59,851 bases of DNA from Octopus bimaculoides (GCF_001194135.2 NC_069006.1:17109348-17169198), one strand, 5' to 3'. Positions 12,641-24,678 are shown, counted from the first letter of the stretch. Made by a program: numbers and translations. Notes: generated by a model not told the origin, from the sequence alone.

Positions 12641-14234
12641 ATAGTCATGCGTCTGTGTACGTGTGTATGTATACATGCGTGTGTGTTTAAGATAAGAATA
12701 TATATATATTGGTATGTGTAAATATGAGCATATATATATATATATATGTCCATTGATATGTATACTAGTGATAAAAAGATATATTCTGTTGTTATCCCAT
12801 TCAAATTGGAGTATGTGCACGATAATTTATACAATTATTACAGATTATTAAGTTACTTTACACCATTTAGCGAGTTTTACAGCAATTTTACAACGAGTTT
12901 TGCGATTTTATATTGAGTTTTGTGGTGTGGTTACATCGAGTTTTACAGCGCGTTTACGTTTAGTTGCGATAAAGAAAAAAATTCCCATTTCATTTGTAAA
13001 ACAATGAAATATCTTCATTTCTGAAATATTCACATTCAGCAGACGATAATATATATAAAGATCAGTGGAAATAATTTATGACACAACTGCAATACGGTAA
13101 TTTCAACGAAATTTGATGTAAAATTACTAATGACCGCCATCATTGTGATAGAGCTACCAGTTATCGCAACTCACACACTGTTAAATATTGTATAAGATAG
13201 CAAATACTTTACATAAATACACTTTGATATGTGTGCGTGTTTGTGTGCGCCGTTTGCACATCGTTTAGATAACAATGGATGCTTCATTCCAACTAAAATA
13301 GCACGACCCTGCGTGAGGAGTGTCCACCTCATAGACATAGACACCAAATCTCCCTCATATCTCCCCAAATCAAACCCTATAATTTTCTCTTTTGCAAAAA
13401 GTGCACATTCAACGATATGATTATAGATAAAATATGATAGAATAAAAGCCGGAATGGTCAGAACTAGATTCTCTTTAACAATCGTTTCTCTAGCTTGATA
13501 CTATGCAACAACAACTACTACTGCAATTGAAATCATGTGTTGATGGCGCTACTTATCATATCTTGTTTTATCTGTATGTGTGCGAGTGTTTCATGGTTTA
13601 CATGACTTTTCGACCGACCATATAACTTGAATACAACATGCAAACTCAGACATACAGAGCCAACAGCAGTTTGAACCTCTGTCACCTTGACATTGTTGTG
13701 AGACTATCGCTTGGGAAATAACTGGATTAAGGTAACTTTTAAGGGGTTTTGTGGTGTAAATTCCAGCTCCTTGCACTTTGAGATCAAATCTCGCCTTCTG
13801 TCACCGGACTCCTTGTAGCAGATAACGAAGATAGATTTCTAACGCCAGACGCAGCCACACGCTAACTGGGGAATCTCTCGGTCACACCAATAAATACGAG
13901 TGGTTTTCGCACAAAGCTTGATAAATACTTAGAAAAACGTCTGATAACGAAAGCGACAGACCTTTATACCTGACCTTTTTAGGTCATCCCACGTTGTTCA
14001 GACCGATGCAGTTGGTGTTCAGTTCGAAATCCTGTAGGTCAACGTACTTAACACATACATAGGAAACAAGGAAATTCTAAGCGGAAGTAGTGAGTGTGTC
14101 TAAACCTTTTTATTTTATTTTCTATTTTTTTTTTTTTTACTATCATTTATCTTTTGATTTTTCTTACATTTTTTCCTCCACCTGGCTTTATCCATCTTTC
14201 CTTCCGTCTATTCTACCTCTGTTTGTATATCGAT

Positions 14235-14409
14235 TCTTTTGTCTTTTACTGGCTTCATTCATTAGACTGCGGCCATGCCGAGGCACCATCTTGAAGAATT
14301 TTCAGTCGAATGTATCGACCCGAGTACTTATATTTTTTAGCCTATCGGTCTCTTTTGCCGAACCGCTAGTTTAGGGGGACGTAAACACATCAACGCCGGT
14401 TTTCAAGTG
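14235..14409 (+). mobile_element. Interspersed repeat family C (SINE-like)
   Basis: GACTGCGGCCATGCTGGAGCACC...CCGAACCGCTAAGTTACGGGGACGTAAACAC consensus recurs about 10 times. Confidence 0.8.
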
Positions 14410-15149
14410 NNNNNNNNNNNNNNNNNNNNNNNNNNNNNNNNNNNNNNNNNNNNNNNNNNNNNNNNNNNNNNNNNNNNNNNNNNNNNNNNNNNNNNNNNNN
14501 NNNNNNNNNNNNNNNNNNNNNNNNNNNNNNNNNNNNNNNNNNNNNNNNNNNNNNNNNNNNNNNNNNNNNNNNNNNNNNNNNNNNNNNNNNNNNNNNNNNN
14601 NNNNNNNNNNNNNNNNNNNNNNNNNNNNNNNNNNNNNNNNNNNNNNNNNNNNNNNNNNNNNNNNNNNNNNNNNNNNNNNNNNNNNNNNNNNNNNNNNNNN
14701 NNNNNNNNNNNNNNNNNNNNNNNNNNNNNNNNNNNNNNNNNNNNNNNNNNNNNNNNNNNNNNNNNNNNNNNNNNNNNNNNNNNNNNNNNNNNNNNNNNNN
14801 NNNNNNNNNNNNNNNNNNNNNNNNNNNNNNNNNNNNNNNNNNNNNNNNNNNNNNNNNNNNNNNNNNNNNNNNNNNNNNNNNNNNNNNNNNNNNNNNNNNN
14901 NNNNNNNNNNNNNNNNNNNNNNNNNNNNNNNNNNNNNNNNNNNNNNNNACTTCTCTCAGATCCGCCATAGCAGACTTAATTTTAAAGCAAGGCAAGACAT
15001 TTGCGAAACGCAGCGATTTTTCAAATTATCAGCTTTTTAAATGTTGCAAGAACTTCTGGATTACAAAGATCTTTGATGGCGTCTAAGTGGGAAGCGGAAA
15101 AGAAATTGGAACATTTTGAATTTATACTACAAAGCAGATATGATACATA

Positions 15150-15186
<37 letters not shown>

Positions 15187-15361
15187 ACACTGACGCACAC
15201 ACACACACGCTTACACATACACACATACACACACACACATTCATTACTATCTTCTGATGAAATATCAAGACATCTTTTAAACTGTTAAAGTAATACTTTT
15301 GTGAAAACTTATCCCTCTTAATATATATGTGTACACACACGTAAACCCAGCGCGCGCGCGC

Positions 15362-15410
<49 letters not shown>

Positions 15411-15464
15411 TAAATATACGTACATATACATACATATATATGTTACATATATATTGTTTTATTC

Positions 15465-15564
15465 TTTTACTTGTTTCAGTCTTTTGACTGCGGCCATGCT
15501 GGAGCATGGCCTTAAAGGGTGTTATTAGAAAAAAATCGACCCCCCAGGATTTATTCTTTGTAAG
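15465..15564 (+). mobile_element. Repeat family C, cut by gap
   Basis: TTTCAGTCTTTTGACTGCGGCCATGCTGGAGCA. Confidence 0.8.
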
Positions 15565-16010
15565 NNNNNNNNNNNNNNNNNNNNNNNNNNNNNNNNNNNN
15601 NNNNNNNNNNNNNNNNNNNNNNNNNNNNNNNNNNNNNNNNNNNNNNNNNNNNNNNNNNNNNNNNNNNNNNNNNNNNNNNNNNNNNNNNNNNNNNNNNNNN
15701 NNNNNNNNNNNNNNNNNNNNNNNNNNNNNNNNNNNNNNNNNNNNNNNNNNNNNNNNNNNNNNNNNNNNNNNNNNNNNNNNNNNNNNNNNNNNNNNNNNNN
15801 NNNNNNNNNNNNNNNNNNNNNNNNNNNNNNNNNNNNNNNNNNNNNNNNNNNNNNNNNNNNNNNNNNNNNNNNNNNNNNNNNNNNNNNNNNNNNNNNNNNN
15901 NNNNNNNNNNNNNNNNNNNNNNNNNNNNNNNNNNNNNNNNNNNNNNNNNNNNNNNNNNNNNNNNNNNNNNNNNNNNNNNNNNNNNNNNNNNNNNNNNNNN
16001 NNNNNNNNNN

Positions 16011-16057
<47 letters not shown>

Positions 16058-16069
16058 CATACATACACA

Positions 16070-16205
16070 CGACTAGCTACTTTCAGTTTCCGTTTACCAT
16101 ATCCACTCAGAAGTCTTTGGTCGGATGAGGCTATAGTAGAAGACACTTAACCGAGGTGTCACGCAGTGGGACTGAACCCGGAGCCATGTGGTTGGGAGGC
16201 AAGTT
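16070..16205 (-). mobile_element. tRNA-derived SINE, family B (CORE-like)
   Basis: Reverse complement of CTTGCTTCCCAACCACATGGTTCCGGGTTCAGTCCCACTGCGTGGCACCTTGGGCAAGTGTCTTCTACTATAGC; ACCTTGGGCAAG resembles the CORE-SINE domain. Confidence 0.8.
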
Positions 16206-17399
16206 TATATATATATATATATATATATGAATATATGTGTATATATATGCATATGTATGTATGTGTCTATGTAGTATGTTTGTGTGTATTCATTAGCACA
16301 CAGGTCGTCTGCTTAGGGGTCAGACAGTTTTCTTTCCGCGAAATTTCACACAGATAAGACCACGACTATTAATTTCCGATAGAAAGTGGTTTTATCAACG
16401 GAAGAAACACAACACAAATCACACTTATAGCGTATTTAACAGAAATTCTGTTTCCTGCCTTTCTTAACCCTAGAAGAAAAAAAAATCGGACAATTATTTG
16501 ATCAACGCATTGGTTTAGTTTTTCTCAATAATCATTACTGCTTAGTCTCACTCATTTCAGTCATTGTACTCTTAGATATGCTGGCCATTGTGCTCTTAGA
16601 AATGCTGTCGGTCGTTCAAGGAGCATTTCTGCTTATCACAATGCATCAACAGTGATATCAGTGAGTTTGTTGAAGACTGGCAGAACGCCATACGTTGAAC
16701 GATTGACGTAAACAGTTTGAGGAACACATACTAAATGTCTGTGAAACTTGATGGATGTGAATGGTTCGTCATAAAACTAGTGTAGATTATATTTCCCCCA
16801 CCATTAGAAGAGCCCGATCAATGGTATAATGTGATACAACAAGTTGATAAAGTTCTGTCGAGTCATTTGGCGAATTAGGATTAACGAATAATGTAACCGA
16901 CAGTACGGAAAGTATGTTTTCATGAAATGCACGCATAACATCGAGAAACTAAATGTTTCTCGATACGCTCCAGCAGATTCGAATGTGAATATCTGGTCGG
17001 TGTTGCTTTTTATTAACCGTGAACATCTCACCCACCCCATTTCCACGGCTATGTTCATAACACCTGATATATAAGATCGGANNNNNNNNNNNNNNNNNNN
17101 NNNNNNNNNNNNNNNNNNNNNNNNNNNNNNNNNNNNNNNNNNNNNNNNNNNNNNNNNNNNNNNNNNNNNNNNNNNNNNNNNNNNNNNNNNNNNNNNNNNN
17201 NNNNNNNNNNNNNNNNNNNNNNNNNNNNNNNNNNNNNNNNNNNNNNNNNNNNNNNNNNNNNNNNNNNNNNNNNNNNNNNNNNNNNNNNNNNNNNNNNNNN
17301 NNNNNNNNNNNNNNNNNNNNNNNNNNNNNNNNNNNNNNNNNNNNNNNNNNNNNNNNNNNNTGTATACATGTACATACATGATATCGACAAAACATGTTG

Positions 17400-17700
17400 A
17401 CTTTCATTACCTTTTCTTCTTCCGCGCAAATGAAATCGAAGTCACGTTATGTCCTTTACAAATAACAAACGCTGCTGCCTCTGCGTAGATAATCGCCAAC
17501 TGATTAGTGATACTAGGCACACAACTTTCCATCATCCTTTCTACTATTTTTCATTATTCATCTTCTCTTCTTCAATTCTCAACGATAACATCGCCGCAAT
17601 TATTGTTTGTGGATGTTGTTTTCACTCAGCAGACGATCGTGCCGCCATTGAGCTGCTGACGTCGAACTTCGGTTCGGAAATGGAGTTTCCGACGAAATGA
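17400..17700. promoter_or_regulatory. CpG-enriched unique patch with YY1-like GCCGCCATT and CRE-like TGACGTC; possible promoter
   Basis: About 19 CpGs in 300 bp by eye, against a generally CpG-poor background. Confidence 0.25.
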
Positions 17701-18298
17701 CAGAGATTACAACACAACTCAGAACACATGCAGACGTAATTCCTGAATATATTTGTGAGAGTAAATTAAATAAATTGTTCCATAATACGCCAAATGCAAG
17801 CAAAACAGATCGATGTTATCCATAAAGTGTTGTTTGGAAATCAGGAATAACCCAAATAATAAATAAAAGCGAAATGAAAAGATAAATAAATGAATAAATA
17901 AATAAATAGATAAATAAATAGATAGATAAACATGGAAATAGGCTAATGAATAAACAGTTGTTTTCACAATGATAGGAGCTTTATCGAAGTGCGTTTAGTA
18001 TAGAGTTGCACTCATAAGTTGCAGCTCTGCATAAGTTAACGTCGGTTTATGCAAATCAAAGACGAAACCTCCATGTGGCCGGTCACTCTGCTAAAAATAA
18101 AAAAACATTTCTTATTCGAATCATACATTTCTACTTAATGTAATCATATATACTTAGGTAAGGCATCTTTAATAGGTTTTGCTTCATCAGAACTATCCCG
18201 GAGGTGGGGGAAACAACAGCTATATTATACAAAGTATATATTCTAGACAAAATATTTATAGGAACATTTTTCTCTCTCTCCCTTTTCTTTCCTCTTTC

Positions 18299-18334
18299 CT
18301 TTCTGTCGAAGAGTGTAGGCTCGAAACGTCAAAG
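18299..18334 (+). ncRNA. Minimal hammerhead-like motif, variant core CUGUCGA
   Basis: CTTT-CTGTCGA-A-GAG(tgtagg)CTC-GAAAC-GTC-AAAG: stem I CTTT/AAAG, stem II GAG/CTC, GUC triplet. Confidence 0.5.
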
Positions 18335-18479
18335 ACTTTTCCATTTTTCCTGAGCGTCAAATGCTAATACACCTTGTTTATTGTTCCCTCTGTCTTTATC
18401 TTTTGTTTTTATACGCTTGTGCCTGTCCAACCACGAAGTCAAGGCCACTCTCTCTTCTAATAGAAATGGTGTCACTTAC

Positions 18480-18610
18480 CAAGTGACATTATCCATCGTA
18501 GCACCATGTAACCCTCCTTGACCATCTTCCGGTATCCATCTTGGACTTTCTGGACCCCTCCATTCAATCGGTTTTTCCAGAGCCTGCAGAATACGGGCTC
18601 CGTTAGGTGC
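18480..18610 (-). CDS. Candidate internal exon of unidentified gene (APNGARILQALEKPIEWRGPESPRWIPEDGQGGLHGATMDNVT, or alternative frame HLTEPVFCRLWKNRLNGG...)
   Basis: Acceptor TTTAAGTTTCGCAG|G, donor TTG|GTAAGT, 131 nt, unique GC-richer sequence, two open frames. Confidence 0.55.
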
Positions 18611-18700
18611 CTGCGAAACTTAAAGTAGCACGGATACCGAATCAAACTCTTTTAAAATAATATAATATAATATATTATATCCTATTATATTATATTACAT

Positions 18701-18752
<52 letters not shown>

Positions 18753-18859
18753 ATTATTTATTTAAAGGTCACAACACATGTATCAAAGCGCTACTTTTTT
18801 GTTAAATTTTCTATCATGAATCAATACTGTNNNNNNNNNNNNNNNNNNNNNNNNNNNNN

Positions 18860-18898
<39 letters not shown>

Positions 18899-18904
18899 TG
18901 TTAC

Positions 18905-19170
18905 AACAAACTATATTGAGGTTGTCACCATGAGAGAAAGTCTCATATTGGCTTTTGGGGTAAAATGCAGTCCTGTTTATATTGCTAGCTGAGAGACAAA
19001 TCCCCGTTACTTCCACTGCCGAGACCACCAGATAACGTGATTTCTACCTTCCTTGGTGTTGTCAATGTGGGACACTTGACTGCTGGAGGTAGCAGGGATT
19101 TGTCTCCCCACCAGGGAGCCAAAAGCCAATATGAGAGTCTCTCACGGTAACTGCCGCAGTACAGTTTGTT
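18905..19170. mobile_element. Foldback MITE-like element with nested inverted repeats
   Basis: Outer imperfect arms 18905-18958 and 19119-19170 share CTCATATTGGCTTTTGG; inner arms GAGACAAATCCC.G.TAC.TCCA; related sequence at 41098-41340. Confidence 0.65.
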
Positions 19171-19364
19171 CCAACAGAACATCCACGTTCAAGTGGGGAT
19201 AAATATTAGCCCTCGGTATTAATACTGCCTCTGACGCTAATAAATACATATTTATATATATGTGTGTGTGTGTGTATACACATGCATACATACATGCATA
19301 TGTACATACACACACGCACATATATATATAAGTGTTTGTATGTTTGTATGTAACGCATGGTCTT

Positions 19365-19525
19365 CTACACAGTTTCCATCTACAAAATTCACTCCCATGT
19401 ATCTTACTACTCTCAGGCATTGGTCGGATCGGAGCTAAAGTAGCAGACACTCGCCCAATGTGCTGTGCAGTGGGACAGAACCCAAAACCATTGGGTTGCA
19501 AAGCGGACTTGTTAACCAAACAGTC
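19365..19525 (-). mobile_element. SINE family B (diverged)
   Basis: AGTTTCCATCTACAAAATTCACTC...GCAGTGGGACAGAACCC. Confidence 0.7.
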
Positions 19526-19599
19526 ACGCCAACGCCAATGCGCGCCTTTATTTTTCATGTTCGTTAAAATTTCAAATGATTTATTCGTTTGGGGTGATT

Positions 19600-19767
19600 A
19601 AGGTGAAGCTTAAAGATGGCGGACGATCATAGTGGTAATGTTCGTGGAGGTTGTAGTGTCGGTGATACAAGGTTAATTTTAAAGGATGGGAAATGACAAT
19701 ATTAACAATGGCAATATTAATGATGTAGGTGGTGGTGGTGGTGGTGGTAATGTTGGCATTGGTGGTG

Positions 19768-19798
<31 letters not shown>

Positions 19799-20102
19799 TT
19801 GTGGTGGCAGTGGTGTTTTTGTTGTTTTCCTTGTTGTTGTTAGTGGTGGTGGTGGTTGTGGACGTGGTAGTGGTGGTGGTAAGGATAATGGCGGTGGTGA
19901 TGGCGATTGTAATGACTGGATCGATGTTGGAAAATACTATAGTGATGATGTAGGTGTGCTGGTAGCGAAGTGGTAGTGAAGTGGAGCTGGTTTTGCTGGT
20001 GAATGGCAGTGGTATTGATGAAGGTGGTGGGGTTGGTGGTAGTGGTGGAGATTTTATTGAGCGAAGAAGAGCAAGCAAAAAGAAATACACAACAGCAGTA
20101 GC

Positions 20103-20133
<31 letters not shown>

Positions 20134-20240
20134 ATGGTGCTGGTGTTGGCGGTGTTGGCGTAGTAGCAGTAATAGAGGCGGTAGTGGTAGTGGCATAGTA
20201 GTAGTTGGAGGTGGAGGAGGAGGTAGTGGTGGAGACGAGA
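19600..20240. repeat. Compound trinucleotide array (GGT/GAT/GTT/AGT)n
   Basis: Direct reading. Confidence 0.9.
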
Positions 20241-20454
20241 AACTTGTCTCAAAATCTCGATGTTGTTTACAGTAACACGATGTTTCCGGTAATAGACAGA
20301 TGTTGGTGTGGGTGGACAACCTTTTAAAGACGCTGGTGATAGATTTGATGCAGTTATTTCGAGAGGCGGTGGGGGCCGTTTCGGTAAAATTACTCTAATT
20401 CGGCATCTCGAGAGTTCGAATCTACTTCAAGACTTTCCGTTGTTTATTTTCATT

Positions 20455-20550
20455 ATTCTTTTATTTGTTTCAGTCATTTGACTGCGGCCATGCTGGAGCA
20501 CCGCCTTGAGTCGAACAAATCAATCCCAGGACGTATTCTTTGAAAGCCTG
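20455..20550 (+). mobile_element. Repeat family C
   Basis: TTTCAGTCATTTGACTGCGGCCATGCTGGAGCACCGCC. Confidence 0.8.
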
Positions 20551-20806
20551 GTAGATAGTGTAAATCCCAGCTTGTTTCCTCTCGAAGCACATCTGTTTAT
20601 TCCATTATTACATATTATATGTTGTCTCAGTTGCTCATCCAAACGTAGAATCTGTATTATTTAATTTCTCTGATGAATTTCTATAGGAGATTCCTTACAT
20701 GTCTTTCTCACATGTAGAACTTTGTAATTCCTATTAGCAAATGAAACATGTGTAAATGCGAGTTAATAATTCCAAAATATTTCCAATTTTCCGTTTTGTT
20801 ATATAT

Positions 20807-20847
<41 letters not shown>

Positions 20848-21439
20848 NNNNNNNNNNNNNNNNNNNNNNNNNNNNNNNNNNNNNNNNNNNNNNNNNNNNN
20901 NNNNNNNNNNNNNNNNNNNNNNNNNNNNNNNNNNNNNNNNNNNNNNNNNNNNNNNNNNNNNNNNNNNNNNNNNNNNNNNNNNNNNNNNNNNNNNNNNNNN
21001 NNNNNNNNNNNNNNNNNNNNNNNNNNNNNNNNNNNNNNNNNNNNNNNNNNNNNNNNNNNNNNNNNNNNNNNNNNNNNNNNNNNNNNNNNNNNNNNNNNNN
21101 NNNNNNNNNNNNNNNNNNNNNNNNNNNNNNNNNNNNNNNNNNNNNNNNNNNNNNNNNNNNNNNNNNNNNNNNNNNNNNNNNNNNNNNNNNNNNNNNNNNN
21201 NNNNNNNNNNNNNNNNNNNNNNNNNNNNNNNNNNNNNNNNNNNNNNNNNNNNNNNNNNNNNNNNNNNNNNNNNNNNNNNNNNNNNNNNNNATATATATAT
21301 ATATATATATATAGATGGATATATATAGATACAGTTTGAAAAATACTTTCTTATTTATAATTACCTGGAAACAAGATGGGATGATCATAGCCGAATATGT
21401 CACCTATCTTTCGGTCACTCATTCAGGGCTGGTCTGTAA

Positions 21440-22034
21440 CCAAAGAAAACAACAGCAGCAGCAGCAGCAACAACATTGAAAACCTTCAATGCCTGTTATG
21501 CCTACAATAATAACAACGGCTATGATAATGTAAATGCTCAGCCAAACAACATCGCAATAGCAACAACTGTTATAAGAACAACGACCATTGCAAACATCAC
21601 ATCGCCTGCCAACGTAACAGCCAACACTACCACCACCACCATCAACCTCACAACTAGCACAATAACTACAATAGCAATAACATAGCAAGCTGTAATGTGA
21701 CGCAGTAATTCTAGTAGAATGGCAGACAGGCATTGATTGATGGCTTTGCAGTTGTGTATGGCGGCGGTAGTGGCGGATGTGGTAGTGTAAACGTGATGGT
21801 TGTGGTGGTAGTGGTAGTGGTAGTGATCGTAGTTGTTTTATCACAGTGTGGAAGTGTTGGTAGTGGCGGTGGTTAGTGGTGATGATGGTGTGTATGGTAG
21901 TGGCAGTGGTGGTAATGTTGATGGTGTGGTGGTGGTGTGATGTGGTAGTGTGACTGTGGTGGTGATGGCGTTTGTGGTTGTTGTTGCTGTTGTGTAGTGG
22001 TAGTGCTCATAGCCATTTAGTAATAGTTGTGGTA

Positions 22035-22067
<33 letters not shown>

Positions 22068-22320
22068 GGATGGTGATGATGGCGGGGGTGTTAATAGTGG
22101 TTGTGGTAGTATAGAAGCCGTGTGGTGAAGTGCTGGTGGTAGTGTGATATGGTGGGGACAATAGTGTAAGGGGTGATGGTAGTAGTGGTGGTGGGGCGAT
22201 TGTATTGTGATGGTTTTAGTGATGTGTTTATTGTATTGGTAGTCTAGTGCGTATGTTGAAGTTGAAGTTGTGGTGGTAGTTAGATGTAGTAGAATAGTGT
22301 AGTTGTGGTGTTGAGGTAGA
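21440..22320. repeat. Compound trinucleotide array with polarity switch (CAA-rich, then GGT/GTT-rich)
   Basis: Direct reading; switch near 21690. Confidence 0.85.
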
Positions 22321-22669
22321 AATGCCGTGCATAAGGAAGGGAGTAAAACGGCTGTTGTAACAACTGAGTGTTACCCGCCGCATTCAGTGAATATAAGGAA
22401 ACCGACATTAACCATCTTGCATGCCTCCAATCTGGATAAGCTACATAGGTGGAGCATATCTCCACGGAGGACAACCACTACAGACCCGACTGAAGTGTCA
22501 TATTGAATTGTCAGATAATTTCGTTCGTTTTTGTTCCTCCTCCACTCCGTTTATTTTAATCCTAATTTTTCATCAACAATTTTAATAAACGAGTCAATAA
22601 TATATTCTCTTTCATTGCCCATTGGCAAGAAGTCGTGAACAAGATGTATTGGCTTCAAATTTTGGCATA

Positions 22670-23100
22670 CGACTACCAGTTTCAGAGGAGGGAGTAAGTC
22701 GATTACATCACTCCCGGTGCTCAACTGGTACTTATTTTATCAACCCCAACAAAGATGAAAGGCAAAGCCAACCTCGGCAGGTTGAGCTCAGAACGTAAAG
22801 ACGGACGAAATCCTGCCCTAGCATGCTAACGATTCTGCCAGGTCGCCGCCTTCATAATAATAATAATAATAANNNNNNNNNNTAATAATAATAATAATAA
22901 TCTTTTCTATTAAAGGCACAAGGCCTGAAATTTGGGGGAGGGAACTAGTTGATTACATCGACCCCAGTGCTTCCCTGGTACTTAATTTATCGACCCCGAA
23001 AGGATGAAAGGCAAAGCCGACCTCGGTGGAATTTGAACTCAGAATGTAAAGATGGACGGAATGCTGGTAAGCATTTAGCGCGGCGTGCTAACGATTCTGC
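22670..23100 (-). mobile_element. Two tandem SINE family A copies separated by (TAA)n
   Basis: Two reverse-complement copies, 22670-22855 and 22895-23100. Confidence 0.85.
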
Positions 23101-23219
23101 CATGCATGCATGCATGCATACATGTATGTATGTATGTATGTATGTATGTATTTTTATATTCTTTTATTATTTAAAAAAAATTTTTTATTTATTTTATTTT
23201 ACCCATCAAAGTGGTATCT

Positions 23220-23320
23220 TGTTTGCTTACGTCCCTCCCTGTTCTGTGTTCAAGTTCGTAGAAGCAAGTTTTTCAAGCTAAGGAACTTGAACTCAGAACA
23301 GGGAGGGACGTAAGCAAACA
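23220..23320. repeat. Hairpin: 38-bp arms (1 mismatch), 25-nt loop
   Basis: TGTTTGCTTACGTCCCTCCCTGTTCTGTGTTCAAGTTC (23220-23257) vs GAACTTGAACTCAGAACAGGGAGGGACGTAAGCAAACA (23283-23320). Confidence 0.9.
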
Positions 23321-24632
23321 CCGTGAGGTACTTTGTCTGACATTTTACCGATTCTAGCTGTCCACGAATAATACATCAACGTCGAACCTTCCACATGGTT
23401 ACTAGATTTGTTAAAAATAACAACCAAATCTCTCCCTCAAACCACTAAAAACGGAAGAACACATTGGATCCGGTATTCCTAGATGCATTGACACAGGTAT
23501 ACTCGACCAAGATTGACTTGGAGGTAAACAACAACACTAGCAGTAGTAACGGAAATACTGGGAAATAACTAAATAAATCAACGAAATGCAATGCAAAAAG
23601 TCAAACCAAACAAAGAAAAATGGCGAATGACGCCGTTAGGAAAGTATTTATTGTGTTTGAAATGTTGTAAAGGGAATTAGATGGTCATATTGGAGAGAAG
23701 AGCTAAAGTGAGGCCGCACGACATGATGGCGTTAAAAGCACGGATTATCGATAGTAAATTGACTGCATCGATTTTAATCAATTAACCGATAAAAGGGTGG
23801 GATGGGAGAGGTTAAATGATGGGGGTAGATGGTAAGAGCGGTGTTGAATTTGGTGATGACGAAGAGGGGGGGGGCGAGGAGGAAGAGGAGGGGTGAATAC
23901 TGAAACGAAACGAAATAAGTAAGAAAGAATGAATAAAATAAAGGAAAATGAGAGAAAGAAAGAAAAGAAACAAGGAAAAGAAAGAAGAAAAACAACGAAA
24001 AAAAGAAATAGAGAAAATGAAGGAAAGTAAAGATAAAAGAAAGAACGAGAGAAAAAAGGAAAAAGAAGAAAAGAAGGAACAAATTGAGAAAGAAAGAAAC
24101 AAACAAACAAACGACTGAAAGAAAAAAGCAACAGAAGCCGGAAGGAAGAAAGTGGGGAAAAAGAAGGAAAGAAAACTTAGAACAAGTTGAAAACATGAGA
24201 TAGGAATGATAGAAAGAAGAAAGAAAAATAAGAGAAGGAAAGAAAGAAGGAAAAACAGAAGAGTATGGGTTACTTAGGGGTGGGGGGGATATTGGTATGA
24301 GAAAGACAGAGATATATATATGTATGTGTGTATGTATGTGTGTATATGTATTTGTGGATGTATGGATGCGCAGGTGTGTGTGTATGTTCGCATGTATGCA
24401 TGCATATGGAGAGAGGAGAGAAACAGACGCACGTACCAAACAAAACCAGTACGTTCGTCCCATATATGTCACTATGTGCGCGCGCGCATGTGTGTGTGAC
24501 AGTATGTACGCATATATATATATATATATACACGTATACATACATATATATATATATATATATTTACATATACGTATATNNNNNNNNNNNNNNNNNNNNN
24601 NNNNNNNNNNNNNNNNNNNNNNNNNNNNNNNN

Positions 24633-24678
<46 letters not shown>

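Noticed and set aside
13591-13776. CQGDRGSNCCWLC, resembling the class C GPCR cysteine-rich CCW.C motif
   Set aside because: Remaining cysteine spacing does not fit and there are no good exon boundaries.
13895-13970. FRTKLDKYLEK, like a CR1 LINE end
   Set aside because: Too short, and the flanks do not continue the match.
16560-17080. Unique coding-like stretch
   Set aside because: Stops in all frames and no recognisable family or splice pair.
22380-22500. Possible exon (CSGCPPWRYAPP / CSTYVAYPDWRHARW)
   Set aside because: No polypyrimidine tract and only weak donors.
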